DNA of 63,999 nt, filler included, from Chrysochromulina tobinii (lineage: Eukaryota), in NCBI GenBank assembly GCA_001275005.1. It is 5 parts of 5 records of this genome, joined end to end, with 100 filler letters (N's around TTAATTAATTAA, not from the genome) between each part and the next. Parts side by side here need not be neighbours in the genome. Positions count along the whole stretch, not along the records: positions 38,447 to 48,990 come from JWZX01000914.1; positions 49,091 to 61,208 come from JWZX01000916.1; 3 more parts are not named here. One strand, given 5' to 3'. The position numbers and the translations under genes were made by a program. The notes beneath the pieces were generated by a model. The model did no database searches and was not told where the DNA came from. It saw only the letters and a list, made by a program, of their open reading frames with translations. Shown here one piece after another: positions 43,047 to 54,947 of this stretch; the first letter of the stretch is position 1; each line of letters begins with the position of its first letter.

Positions 43047-43266
43047 CGACAAATGCGCCCGCCAGGGCGCGCGCCGAAAATTCACGTTCACATCATCATG
43101 CAAGAACACACACAAGAAACAAGCGCTTTCGAAGTCTCTCACTACAATGTAGCCAGCGTGCCAGCCTCCCATGGCCTCCCTGTCCCCCCTCTTTTTACCG
43201 GTATGAAGACTTTCGTGTCGCTCGCGCACACGCTCGCGCGCAATTCCTTTCGGTGTCAACCGCGCC

Positions 43267-44337
43267 ATGAGCTTGCTCTGGGTGGACAAGCACCGCCCGA
43301 AGACGCTCGATGCGCTTGACTTCCACAAGCCACTTTCTGCCCAGTTGAAGCGCATGGTCACCGCCGGCGACTTTCCGCACACGCTCATCTACGGTCCGTC
43401 TGGCGCAGGCAAGAAGACGCGGGTCATGGCGCTGCTGCGAGAGCTGCACGGCCCGTCGGTCGAGCGGCTACGCGCGGAGCAGCGCACCTTCAAGTTCGGC
43501 ACCACGCAGCCCGTCGAGCTCACGATCCTCACGTCGGCCCACCATATCGAGCTCAACCCGTCAGACGCGGGCATCCGCGACCGTGACGTGGTGCAGGAGG
43601 TGATCAAGGAGATTGCGCAGTCGGCGCCGGTGATCAAGCAGACGGGCGAGGACGGCGCGCCGGCGCCCGCCCACTTCAAGGTGGTCGTGCTCAACGAGGT
43701 CGAGCGGCTGAGCAAGCCGGCGCAGCACGCGCTGCGCCGCACGATGGAGAAGTACGTGGGTACGTGCCGCCTGCTGCTCTGCTGCGTGAACCCCTCGAAG
43801 GTGATCGCGCCGATCCGGTCGCGCTGCGTGTGCCTGCGCGTGGCGGCGCCCACGCACGAGGAGGTATGCACCGTGCTCAGCGCCGTCGCGCACAAGGAGG
43901 GCGTGCAGCTGCCGCCCAGGCTCGCGATGCGCATCGCTACTGGCTGCGAGCGCAACCTGCGCCGTGCTATCCTGATGCTCGAGGCGTGCAAGGTGCACCA
44001 GTACCCGCTGAGCGCCGAGCAGCCGGTGCAGCAGCCCGACTGGCAGCTCTTCCTCTCCGCCACCGCGGACGAGGTGCTCGCCGAGCAATCTCCGCGCCAG
44101 CTCATGAAGGTTCGTGGAAAGCTCTTCGAGCTCTTGAGCAACTGCATCCCGCCCGATATGATCATGCGGGAGCTCGTGCAAGCGCTGATGAGAAAGATTC
44201 CGGTGGCTGTGCGCCACGAGACGATCCACTGGGCCGCCATCTACGAGCACCGCATGCAGTCGGGCGCCAAGCACATCTTCCATCTCGAGGCCTTCATTGC
44301 GCGCTTCATGTCGGTCTACAAGAAGCACTCGCCCTAA
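43267..44337 (+). CDS. RFC3: Replication factor C small subunit (human RFC3 / yeast Rfc5 orthologue)
   Basis: LWVDKHRP, YGPSGAGKKT, AQHALRRTMEKY, SRC, FHLEAF. Confidence 0.95.
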   Translation: MSLLWVDKHRPKTLDALDFHKPLSAQLKRMVTAGDFPHTLIYGPSGAGKKTRVMALLRELHGPSVERLRAEQRTFKFGTTQPVELTILTSAHHIELNPSDAGIRDRDVVQEVIKEIAQSAPVIKQTGEDGAPAPAHFKVVVLNEVERLSKPAQHALRRTMEKYVGTCRLLLCCVNPSKVIAPIRSRCVCLRVAAPTHEEVCTVLSAVAHKEGVQLPPRLAMRIATGCERNLRRAILMLEACKVHQYPLSAEQPVQQPDWQLFLSATADEVLAEQSPRQLMKVRGKLFELLSNCIPPDMIMRELVQALMRKIPVAVRHETIHWAAIYEHRMQSGAKHIFHLEAFIARFMSVYKKHSP

Positions 44338-44370
44338 TTGAGAAGTGCCCTAATTGAGAAGTGCCCTAAT
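44331..44370. repeat. 16-bp tandem repeat x2.5 spanning the RFC3 stop codon
   Basis: GCCCTAATTGAGAAGT GCCCTAATTGAGAAGT GCCCTAAT. Confidence 0.9.
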
Positions 44371-44675
44371 GGGGCGCCCACCCCCCCCAGTGCGCGGCTT
44401 CGGTGGACGCGTCCGCGCCACGCACGCGCGATTCGGAGGCGCGGGGGTCTGGCGGAGTCGCACGCACGTACGTGGGACAAAATGGAGCAGGAAAGCCACT
44501 GGAGAGGCAGAGGATGCGAGGCATGAGTTGAAAGGGAGAGACCTTAAAGTACGGTCGTTTTGTGTTCCTGCCCTTGCGCGCCGCCTAACGCCAATTTTTT
44601 ATCAGCATGCATCGCATTCAAAGGTTTTCCAAATGAGGACGGCCCGTGAGATCCTAAATAGGATTAAGAGCGTCC

Positions 44676-45110
44676 ATGCTGTACCGATATGGCGTCGTCG
44701 GCCTCTTGCTTGTCGTGAGCTTCACGGCCGTGACTGCCTACGGGCTGCCCGACGAGCCAATGGCGACGATCATTCACCCGGTCGGGCTCCACAAAACGGC
44801 TGCCGAGCTGTGGTCGGATGTTTCAGGAGCCGAGGTTGCCAAGGCCTCCGCGAACAGGTACCGCTCATGCGAGGAAGTGCATCTCGATGGTATGTGCGTC
44901 CACGAGCTGGCGAAAAAGAACTGCCGGATCACGTGCAGCACCACCAAAATGATGCGCTCAAGCGACCTGCAAGCTACAGCAAACAAAGATCCCCCGCCGC
45001 CCCCGCCGCCCCCGCCACCGCCGCCACCCTCGCCCGAAAACGACTGCGCCGGGAAACTGCCGGAGCTCTGTAACCCAGATGCTATTGGCGTTAAAAAGGC
45101 GCTTCCTTGA
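44676..45110 (+). CDS. Secreted protein with ShKT-like Cys motif and poly-Pro; 3' end uncertain
   Basis: Signal peptide; CEEVHLDGMCVHELAKKNCRITC. Confidence 0.55.
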   Translation: MLYRYGVVGLLLVVSFTAVTAYGLPDEPMATIIHPVGLHKTAAELWSDVSGAEVAKASANRYRSCEEVHLDGMCVHELAKKNCRITCSTTKMMRSSDLQATANKDPPPPPPPPPPPPPSPENDCAGKLPELCNPDAIGVKKALP

Positions 45111-46493
45111 AGGCGTGTCCCGGTGTCCGGCCCGCGTCGAGTGTGATCCTGGCAACAGAGCGTGTGCTGATCTGCGTGCGTGCAACGCTGGGTAAAGTAG
45201 GACAAAGCATCGAGCATGAGAAGGCAGACCCAGGCAGACGCAGGCCGACGCTGCAGGCCGACGCAGGAGGATACAGCCGCCAATCTGTACTTCATCTCTC
45301 GCCCGCGTTGGCCAAAGTATCGGTCCTCGTCGTATTTTTCTTGGTCCGCCCGCATTGAGCATGGTGTGTTTTCCGTGTGCAGACCCTAGAAGCGAGTACA
45401 TATAGTTCGACGTGAATTTGCCCTGGTGACAACGCAAGTGATTTTTAAAAATCAGCTTAAAGCACATGGATAAAATGCCGCGCGCGCGTTCCTACGCGCA
45501 CCGTCACCGATCACCGTAGAGCGTAGTCAAACGCGTACGGTATACAGTATTAATATACTATTAGTTATACGCGCGCAGCTCCTCCGTAGCGTGCGCGCGT
45601 CAAGGCGCGCGGCGAAAGGGGAGGGCAAGTCGATGGCCAATGGAGAGATGGTTGGGAGCACCAATACACTGACAGTACTGGTGGTGTCAAGGGGATGGTG
45701 AAAAACCGCCAATCACACGAGTGCTCACGAGCATGCGTTGGCCCTGACTGCTGGTGCTGCGCGCTGAGCTTCGTGGGGTTGCCACCGAGGATGTCCACTT
45801 CAAACTTCTACTTGATTTCATTGTCGTGTTCTCGCCTTGGCCAGTGGTCGTGCGCACGTGAACCAGTACTCCAGTAGGTACCCCGTCGCGATCGGCGATT
45901 GCGTGTTGGCCATCGGGTGTTGCCCATCGGGTGTTGCGTTAAAACACACACTGTTTTCGTAACAACACTCTCAGTTCAGTTCAGTTTCTTCGCAACACTC
46001 TCGCACACGCACCTCTCACACACATGAACTCAAGAACTCAAGAAGACCCTGTTTCCGTCACAGCCCGCTCCACCCGCGATACAGATACAGCACCCGAATA
46101 CCACACAATGATGGTCAAATCCCACAGCGCATCCCTGGTATGTCGAACAATGATGCGTCCTGACGCCTGCGGGCCGCCACACGAGGCACGAGCGGACGCA
46201 CGGCAGTAGACACGCCCGTCATCATCCACCACATTATCGAATAATTATCGAGGCCATCGGGACTCATGCCCTTACGCAGCCTCTCTGCGACGATATCAGG
46301 CAGCGGGAAGCACAGCTGTCAGCCGCTCGCCTCACAACGCCAGGGGATCACGCCACATGATTCCAGCCAAAGCAAGCCAGCGCTTGACACTGTACGAAGT
46401 ATAGTGTGATGACCAGCGCTTCGATCCAAAGCATACTTCCCATCGCATCGTTCCCAGCTTCCAGTCGTATCATGCTTCGAGTTGGACGGAGTC

Positions 46494-48990
46494 TCAAATG
46501 CGAGCCGCACCAATAGCCTGCTCCACACTCATTGTCACGTTGTCGAGGAACAAGCTCGTGTCGCCTGCCAGGTCGCAAACGTCAAACTTCTGCCCGCTGC
46601 CGTGAGCCGTCTTACGGAACTTTTCAGTCATCGCATCGGTAGACGTGTTCATCTTAAAGAAGAAGAAATGACACTTGAACTCGTTCATGAGCTTTTTCAG
46701 CATGTCGCACGCTGTAGCAGTATGCGCAAACAAGAGGTGCGCGAATCAGCGGTGGGTCTTGAAGCATGTGGGTGGCGGGAACTCAGACAACCATGGTTAG
46801 AGTCCTGCGGCGGCAGCATACGATCGGGATCTTGGTGCCCTGGGTAATTGTCGCCCATTCCGCCATTGTACTCCGAGCCGTGCGCCGGAGCGTCGGCGAT
46901 GTGGATGATTATGCGCGTATCTCCCTTCCAAGTGAGGGACAGCGCCTTCTTTAGGCCGCCAGCGACGTCTTCGGGGCCGTCCCCACCGCCCATGGCATTT
47001 GAGCGGGCAATAAACTTGTGCAGGTCCGCCATATCCTTCTCCTCGACAAAGTCTTTGAAGTCGTAACGGTCCTTGTCCGAGCAGTCAAAGTCACGGTCTG
47101 CGCATGGTTCGATCCGCCACGTCAGATGGTGTGATCTCAGAGCAGCGTATGGGAGCGAGACAGTGAGCAAGCAGTGGAGGCGTGGAAAGAAGGCAGTTAA
47201 CTGAGCTAAAATGCTGCAAGGAAGGACGACGGTTCAATTCCGAAGGGCTGTAAGCCGAGCGCACATCCGACATAGGCGACGCGCATTTTGACTCCGAGCT
47301 TCGCCTTGGTGTTCTCGACAATCTTGAAAAGCTGCGTCTTCGCCACTTCGATCCACGAAGCCATCGAGCCGGTGCAGTCCATCAGGAATGCGAGGTCCAC
47401 AGAGCCGGAGCCGCAGTGCTTATCGGCCACTTCATGCAGCATCGACAGCAGCTTGTGCCGCGGAAGCTTGCGCAGGTAGTACTTGCGCGTGTTTTCGAGC
47501 AGCTCAAACGTTTGGTTATGCGCGTCGCGGAAGGACTCAGCCTTTGTGCACTGCTGCGCGAAGCCCTCAGAGCACGCGGCGTTGCGCAGCTCGTCAATGC
47601 GCTTGTAGAGCTGGCTCGCGCTCATCGAGGCGGCAGAAAGCTTCAACTCATCCGCCTTGGTCGGGTTGACGCGCTCCCGCACATCGGCCCAGTTGAGAAT
47701 GAGGGCGTAGCTGCCCGGCTCATTCTTACGCGCGACGCGGCCACGGATCTGCACCTCGTCCGCTTTATTGACCGAGAGGAAGAGCTGGATGGCGTGGCCA
47801 CCACCCTTCTCGAGCACGGACGGCCGATACTTGAAGTCTTCTCCTCGACCGTAGGTGGCGGTCGCGAAGGTGATGGCCTTCGGCTCGCCAGCACTCCGGT
47901 AGATGATCGTCTCTTTGTCTTTGCGCTCGCCCTCCGTGGAGTCAAGCTTGTGGATCTTGCCGAAGCTCGCCTTAGCGTGATCGTAAAACTTGTTGAGCAT
48001 TTCTGAGTCGCGCACAAAGACGAGCACCGAACGCTCTAGGCGCACCACCTCTTTGATCTGCGCCATTGCCTGCTCAAACGCCTCCGGCCAGCCTTGGGCC
48101 ACCTGGAAGTGGTTTTCCATTGTGTCCTTGGTGAGATCGTTCTCAGCCCATGCGAGCTGGCGGTGCCCCCAGAAGCTTGGAAAGTAGCTGAACTGTGAGA
48201 CGTCGTAGAACTCTTTGAGAACGGAAAGTTGCTTGGGTGGCAACACGCCCAAACTGCCTGTGACACCGAAGATGGCCGAGAATTTCTTAGGAAGCTCTGC
48301 GTACGACAGCTTGCCCAATGGCACATTGAGGTACCCATACTTGAATTCGCAACTGCGCCCCTTCTCGCCGAAGCCCTCCTGGCACAGCCTGAGGTACTGG
48401 AAGGCGTTTTGGTAGCCGAGGATGATGCTCTTGTCGAACATCTCAATGCCATGCTCCACGTGCTTGTAGAGCACGAAGCCCTTTTTCTCAGGGCCATCCT
48501 TGTCAGTGCCGATGCAAAAAGCGCAGTCGGGTGGCACAGATTTGTCGGCCATCACTGTGCGCAGCCCATCTGCCATCTTCTCGAGGTGGCCCGCAAACAT
48601 CTGCGAGTTATGCAGCTCTATGTCCGCGTCGCCGCCTTCAAGGCCCGTGAGCACGGCCTTGGTCGTCAACTCATCGAGGGGCGCCTTTGCATCCCACATC
48701 TTGCTCTGCAGGTCGCCGCACTCCTTGGATGCCACCAACGAGACTGGGTTGATGCTGGTGCCGTACAACTCGCCAAAAAGCACATCGACCTCATCGATGA
48801 GTAGCACTGTTTTGCTTTCCATGCCCAGCTGGTATGAGTCCATCTTCTCATACGCCTCCTCTTCCGCGGCCTTTGGGTTGGCGATCGCGTCTGCGATGAG
48901 CCCTTCAATGCCGAGCGGCCCAACCGTCTTGTTTGCTGTCTTGGCGGTGCTCTCGAGCATCGACCAGCACATCTCGCGGTACGTCTGGTA
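46494..48990 (-). CDS. SecA-like SF2 ATPase/helicase + C-terminal VWA domain, 5'-truncated; introns 47098-47264 and 46712-46821
   Basis: LLIDEVD, FGVTGSL, TFATATYGRGEDF, GGGHAI, QIRGRVARKNEPGS; VWA DLAFLMDCTGSM, VG|YRDFD, GGGDGPEDVAGGL, IADAPAHG. Confidence 0.75.
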
Positions 48991-49090
48991 NNNNNNNNNN
49001 NNNNNNNNNNNNNNNNNNNNNNNNNNNNNNNNNNTTAATTAATTAANNNNNNNNNNNNNNNNNNNNNNNNNNNNNNNNNNNNNNNNNNNN

Positions 49091-52000
49091 CAGCCGCCGC
49101 CGCCGCCGCCTCCGCCAGCCCCGCGCCCACCGCGGCGCGTGCGAGCCTGCCGCCGTCCTCGCCGGCAGTCGGTGGGCGCGCTGTCTTGGGCGCCTCGCCG
49201 GCCGGGGGCTCGCTACTATCGGGGCTCACTCTGCGCACACCCGCGTCGCGCAACGTCGCCACCCCCAGCACGCCTTCCGCCGCCGCCACCACCACACCCG
49301 CCGCCACCGCCGCCGCCGCCGCCACGCCCGCAGCCAACACGTCGGCCGGCTCCACCCTCGAGTCGCAGCCGCCCGCGCGCCCAGCCGACGGCAGCATGGT
49401 GGTGGCCGTTGACACGCCGAGGCCATCCGAGGTTTCGTCTACCGGTAGTAAACCTACGAACGAGATACAGCCTGTGCCAACGGCCACCCCCAATCGGGAT
49501 GGCTTCTCTGCCGCCGCTCCCGCGAGCGCTGTCGCAAGCGCTGTCGAGCCGTCGCAGACGCCCTGTGGGAAGAGCGCGGCAGTAGCGCCAGACAGCGTGG
49601 CAGTAGGGCCGCCCGACACCGCCGCCGCTCCCACCGCCGCCGCCGCTCACACCGCCGCCGCCGCTCACACCGCCTCCGCCCCTACCGCCGCCGCAAGCGA
49701 AGCAGCGTCGGCCAGCTCCTTAGACGCGTCGACGGCGCTCGATGCCAGCGCAGTGGAAGCACTCGAGACGCTCCGCAACGCGGCGCCGAGCGTGCTGAGC
49801 GAGCGCACGGAGGCGGCCGCCGTGGTGGTCCAGCTCGAGGCGAGCGTCGCCAGCATGGAGGCGGCGCAGCTCGAGGCGACCGCCAAAGACGAGTTCGAAG
49901 TGGCCGAGGCGCTCGAGGAGCCGCTCAGGACGGCGCGCGCCGAGCTGGGCGCGGCGCACGCGCGGCTCGCCTCCGCCACCGCCGCGCTCCATGAGTACCG
50001 GTTGGAGCTGCTCGCGGCCTCGGGAGCAGCCCTCGAGGAGCTTCAAGGCACTGCGCTGCAGCTCGTGCGCTCGCGCGACGAGCAGCTGGCGCAGGTGGCG
50101 GCCATGCGTGAGGCGGCGCGCGAGGCCAGCGCGGCGGCCTCGGAATGGTGCCAGGGCGAAGCCGAGCGGCTCGCCCTCGACACGGCGCGTCTGAGGGAGG
50201 ACGAGGCGGAGCTTGCGTCGGAGACCGAGGCGATCGAGGGGCAGATACGAGAGGCAGCCGCCCCCGAGGACGAGGCGCGCGCGAGCTGGCTCGTGAAGCA
50301 CACGGCCGCGCAAGCTAAGGTCGAGGAGCTGCGTGCAATGCTCGCGGCGGCGCTCGTGGAGGAGGCCGAGTGCGCTCGGCAGGTAGCTCGGCATGACGAG
50401 AAGCTCACGGCCGTGCGCGCGTCGTTCGAGAAGCCCCTTGCGAAGCTCGGGCTGCGTCGCGACGCCCTCTTGACGAAACTGGGCGCTCTCGAGCACGCCG
50501 GCGCGGAGCTCGCGCGCCAGCGGCGCGAGCGTGTCGCGTCGTGGCATGCCGCGCGTGGGGAGGTGGCGGCCAAGTCCGCCGAGCTTCGTGCTCTGCGGGA
50601 GAGGTGCGTCGCAGCTCTGCGGATGGCCTCTGATGACCCTCCTCATGACCTCTGATGGCCTTCTGATTGCCTCTGATGACCCTCCTCATGACCTCTGATG
50701 GCCTTCTGATTGCCTTCTGATTGCCTCTGATGACCCTCCTCATGACCTCTGATGGCCTTCTGATGGCCTCTGATGACCCTCCTCATGACCTCCGATGGCC
50801 TTCTGATTGCGTCCCTCATCAGGTACGTCGCCCTTCGTGCCGAGCGCGAGACGCGGCGCGCGGCGGCGAGGCTGCTGCGGCTGGTCTGCGAGCACTCTCG
50901 AGCGAGCGAGCAGGCGACGGCGGCCAGCCGCGCTCGGTTGGCGCCCACGGAGGAGGAGGCCGCCGCCGTGAGCGAGGCGCTCGGTGCGGTTCGCACGGCC
51001 GCTCTTGGGCATAAGGCCGAGCTCGAGGCAGTCCGAGAGGCACTCAAGAGCCTCGCGGAGCGTCAGCCGGAGCTCGTCGAGAGGAAGAGGGCCGCGGCGG
51101 CCGCTCGGGAGTTCAAGTTGGCGGGCCTGGTGGCGGTGGAGCTCAAGGCGATGGCGGCGGAGGAGGAAGCACTGACCGCACGACAAGAGGCTCTCCGTCG
51201 ACAGACGCTCGCGGATGACACGTCCATTCTCGTGCTTGGCGCGGCCGAGGCCGAGGCGCGTGAAGAGGCACGCCGGCAGCGCGCGGCGGCGGACGTGCGG
51301 CTGAGCAGGCTGCTGGCGGCGCAGCAACGGATCGGCCGGCGGATGCTCGACGAGGCACTCGCCGAGGGCAAGGGCGAGGGCGGTCGCGAGGCGGACTCCG
51401 GCGCCGTCCTGAGCGCCGAGCAAGCGCTGCTTCGAGCGCACCTCGACGCACTCGCCGAGTGGCGCGCGGCGCTCGTGACGGCGCGCGCGCCCAAGGCGGG
51501 GGACGGGGGCGTGGGCGAGCCGGAGGCCCAGGTGGTGGAGGAGGAGGCGGGCGCCGTGGTGAGCGCTTGCATGCACGGCGAGCAGGAGGCCCAGGTGGTG
51601 GTGGCGGAGGAGGAGGCAGGCGAGGCCCATGAGCCACATCGAGCCGTGGTGAGCACTTGCATGCACGGGGAGGCCGACGAGCCCAGAGAGCCACGGGACG
51701 ATGCGACTGACGCAACCGACGGGGACGATAGGGATGACGGGGACGCGGCGGCCGAAGTGGACGACTCTCTTGAGGCATGGCAGCCAGCGCCCGACACGGC
51801 GCTCGACGACGAGGCCTACGAGGAGGTAGAGCTGTCTGCCGAGGCGCCGACGGTGGCCACGTCCACCGATGAGGCGAGCGCCGAAGCCGAGCGCGTCGTC
51901 GCGGCAGCGGTGGCTCAGGCGTTGCTGTCGACTGACGATGCGTCGGTGGCCGATGCTGCCGATGCTGCCGATGCTGCCACGGCTTCGGCACTCGTGGGCG

Positions 52001-52461
52001 CCGCCGTTGCACGAGCGCTGCAGGAAGCGAATCCAGAGCGCAGCGCCGCCGTGCCCGCGCTCGAGGCTCATCTGGAGCCAGTGGCGGAGCTAGAGACAAA
52101 GCCAGAGGAACCAAATGCGGAGCCGTCCGAATCTTCAGTGACGAAGCCTGAGGAACCAAATGCGGAACCGTCCCTATCTTCCGTGACGAAGCCTGAGGAA
52201 ACAAATGCGGAACCGTCCCAATCTGGAGTGGACGCGGCTGCGGGCGCGATGGCAGCTGACGAAAGCGCGGCGGCAGCTGGCGTGAGCGCGGCGGAGGTGC
52301 AGGCGATGCGGGCGCGCGTGGGCGCACTCGATGAAGCCATAGATGCCGCCTGCGCTGATGAGGACTATGACTTGGCCGACGAGCTCGAGACAGCGCGGCG
52401 GGAGCTCACCGAGCGGCTGGCAAAGGCCGAGGTGGCCACAGGGGACGGCGAATGGCTATGA
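49091..52461 (+). CDS. Long coiled-coil protein with UVR-like motifs, 5'-truncated; intron 50604-50822
   Basis: AKDEFEVAEAL, AAAAREFKLAG, ACADEDYDLADEL; two same-frame ORFs joined by a 219-nt GT-AG intron. Confidence 0.65.
50604..50822 (+). other. Spliceosomal intron composed of higher-order TGATGACC/TGATTGCC repeats
   Basis: GAG|GTGCGTCGC ... TGATTGCGTCCCTCATCAG|GTACGTCGC. Confidence 0.85.
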
Positions 52462-52873
52462 GTATGACGTACTACGCCGCGCGCATGATACTTGAAAGAG
52501 AAAGTGGAGTGGTACATGTAGAGACGACGTCTGAAGCGGTCCGGATGATTCATTGATCGATCATCCCGGATGTATCAGTTGAGTTGAAAAAGCGCGCACA
52601 TACGATATGATTGCAGATTGGATTTTTTGCTTCGGTGTACACACAGAGAGAGCCAGAATGGCACCGTACAAGTGGGCGTCATCTGCACGAAGAGGCTGAA
52701 CTCGTCAAGTTCATACGATAGAAGAGCGTGCCGACCCGACGTAGCATCGTGTGGACGAGGGCCCGGGCCCGCGCACACGTCGCAAGCCAGACCGAGCACT
52801 GTGATGTGTTCCCCGTCCTCGGGCGCGGCCTCGCAAGCTCGCACAATCTGTGAATAAGTGCTTTGTCCTCAAC

Positions 52874-53446
52874 TCACTTGGCAGGCTCCGGAGTGCCCTC
52901 GGAGTGCGGTATGCTAGCTCGGCGCCGGCTCCGCGCTGGCCTTGGTGGCGGCGATGTGGGTCGCTGTACTTGGGGCCCTTGAGCATCAGCCTCGTGACGC
53001 TCCCGCAAAATGAAAGCACCACCGCCGCTCTCGCACAGCAATTCGAGCGCTCGATTGCATGTACCGATCGCACCCGACTCGTCCTCCTCAAGCTCGAGCA
53101 TGTGCAAAGCCTTGCCAGCACATGGCCCGTGAAAGCACTCGCCATTCGTCGGCGAGAACTTTGCGCCGTGGCTCGTGCATAATAGTGCCGTGCCATCACG
53201 CGTGAAGAAGCGGTCGGGCAGCATGTTGAGCGGGCCGCCGGCATGTGGGCAATAGTTTTCGAAGGCACGCAGGCGGCCTTCGAGGTCACGACACACAAAT
53301 ATGTCAAGCAGCCGCACTTGTGTGTCGTTCTTAGCCACACGCACTGTGAGCTGGCGAGCTGTTCCCGTCGCGAGCGTCTTAGCTTCGCTCGCGTCCAGCA
53401 GTGTCAATCGCGAAGCGACGGAACACACGTGGCGAGTAAATCGCAT
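52874..53446 (-). CDS. Rieske [2Fe-2S] ferredoxin-like protein
   Basis: NYCPHAGGPL ... LLCTSHGAKF ... GECFHGPC. Confidence 0.85.
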   Translation of the reverse strand: MRFTRHVCSVASRLTLLDASEAKTLATGTARQLTVRVAKNDTQVRLLDIFVCRDLEGRLRAFENYCPHAGGPLNMLPDRFFTRDGTALLCTSHGAKFSPTNGECFHGPCAGKALHMLELEEDESGAIGTCNRALELLCESGGGAFILRERHEADAQGPQVQRPTSPPPRPARSRRRASIPHSEGTPEPAK

Positions 53447-53782
53447 TGAGAAACCAAGAACAGTCAAGTCAAGTCAAGTCAAGTCAAGACAAGAACACAC
53501 AAAACTACTATCATATTAAAAGAGTGGTGAGACGTGAGCGATTCTCTCACTCACTCACAACTGCAAGTGGGATCATATTTCCACGGATTACGGGTGGACG
53601 CACGACCAACTCTGCGCCCCCCACGTTGTGTCTCCACGGGACCTGTGGCTGTGCGTCTTGCTGAGATGGCATATTAACGTGAACGTGAACGCGTACGTCG
53701 CGCGACCATTAATTTTGACGATTTCCGAAACCTCGCAGGAAGATCGGGAGATCATCTCATTTGCAGCAAAAATTACTTGGAA

Positions 53783-54456
53783 ATGTCGGGTGCTCAAGAC
53801 GCCACCGTGACGGCGGCTTTCTCGTCGGCTATGTCGCAGGAGATTATAGACTTATTGATAGGCACGACGGTCATGATGGTCATCATCGCCGCAGTCGCCC
53901 TTCACCAGTGCCGCATTGCCCTGCGGCCTGTCGCCGAAGCGATGCAACGGTGCAAACGGTCCCCTATACTGCGGGCTCGTGCCTTGGAGATCGGGAACGA
54001 CGAGATGCTACGGGCTGCTCGCGACATGATGGTTGCCTTCGAACGGCGCAGCCCTAGCACGCTGCGCCGCTCGCGCGCCTCCAGGCGGCCGAGCCTGCCC
54101 ACACTCATCGAGGATGGGAGTGGCGACCAGGAGGCACTCCATGCCAGATGCCGCCGCAACCCTTCGGGCAGCCTTGCCACGAGCGGGCCAACAGGCCTTT
54201 ACGCGCTGCGCTCCTCCTTGGGCCCTCGCGGCCAGGAGGACGACTGTGACGCCGATCAGGCTGGAATCGCTGACGCGGTGGCCAGGCTTGCGCCCGAACC
54301 CACGAATCTCGAAGAGCTCTACAGCGCCTACGAATGGTTTCAAGAGCTCCTCCTACCCACGCTCAGGGCGCGCCCGGCTTGCAGCCCGATCAGGCGCTCG
54401 GATGGGCGACCGTCGCCAGCTGCCCCTCTGCCGGTTCAGCCGCAGACGCAGCAGCC

Positions 54457-54520
<64 letters not shown>

Positions 54521-54754
54521 GCACCACTCTCGCCCCTCTCGCCCCTCTCGCCGCAGTGCTGCAACGTCAGGTCTCCCAAGTTCCCTCGACGAGGTGCGCC
54601 GGCGGCACGACGTCCCACTTGCACGTCGAGCGGCAGCACCAAGGACAGCGACGCTCACGCCTCCACCATGGCCGTTATGCTCGACGAGCATGTCGACGTG
54701 TCGCTCGTAGAACAGGAACTAGAGGACACACCCACGGGCGGTGGACATCATTAG
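53783..54754 (+). CDS. Hypothetical protein with one TM segment and a poly-Gln tract
   Basis: LLIGTTVMMVIIAAVAL; (CAG)n at about 54458-54520. Confidence 0.55.
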
Positions 54755-54947
54755 TGAGAAGAGTTGGAGGGGCGCGTGAACTTGACGAAACTGAGTTTCC
54801 AGGGACTTCCGAAGTCTGAAGTACTTTTTGACCCGAAAGCGTTTTCGGCGGAGCCCTCGTGAACCCGAGAAAGCTGCAACTTTGCTCACCGTGCTGACCG
54901 TGGACGACGGCGATACCAAACACTGCGCAGTAGTTCTCACAGCGACG

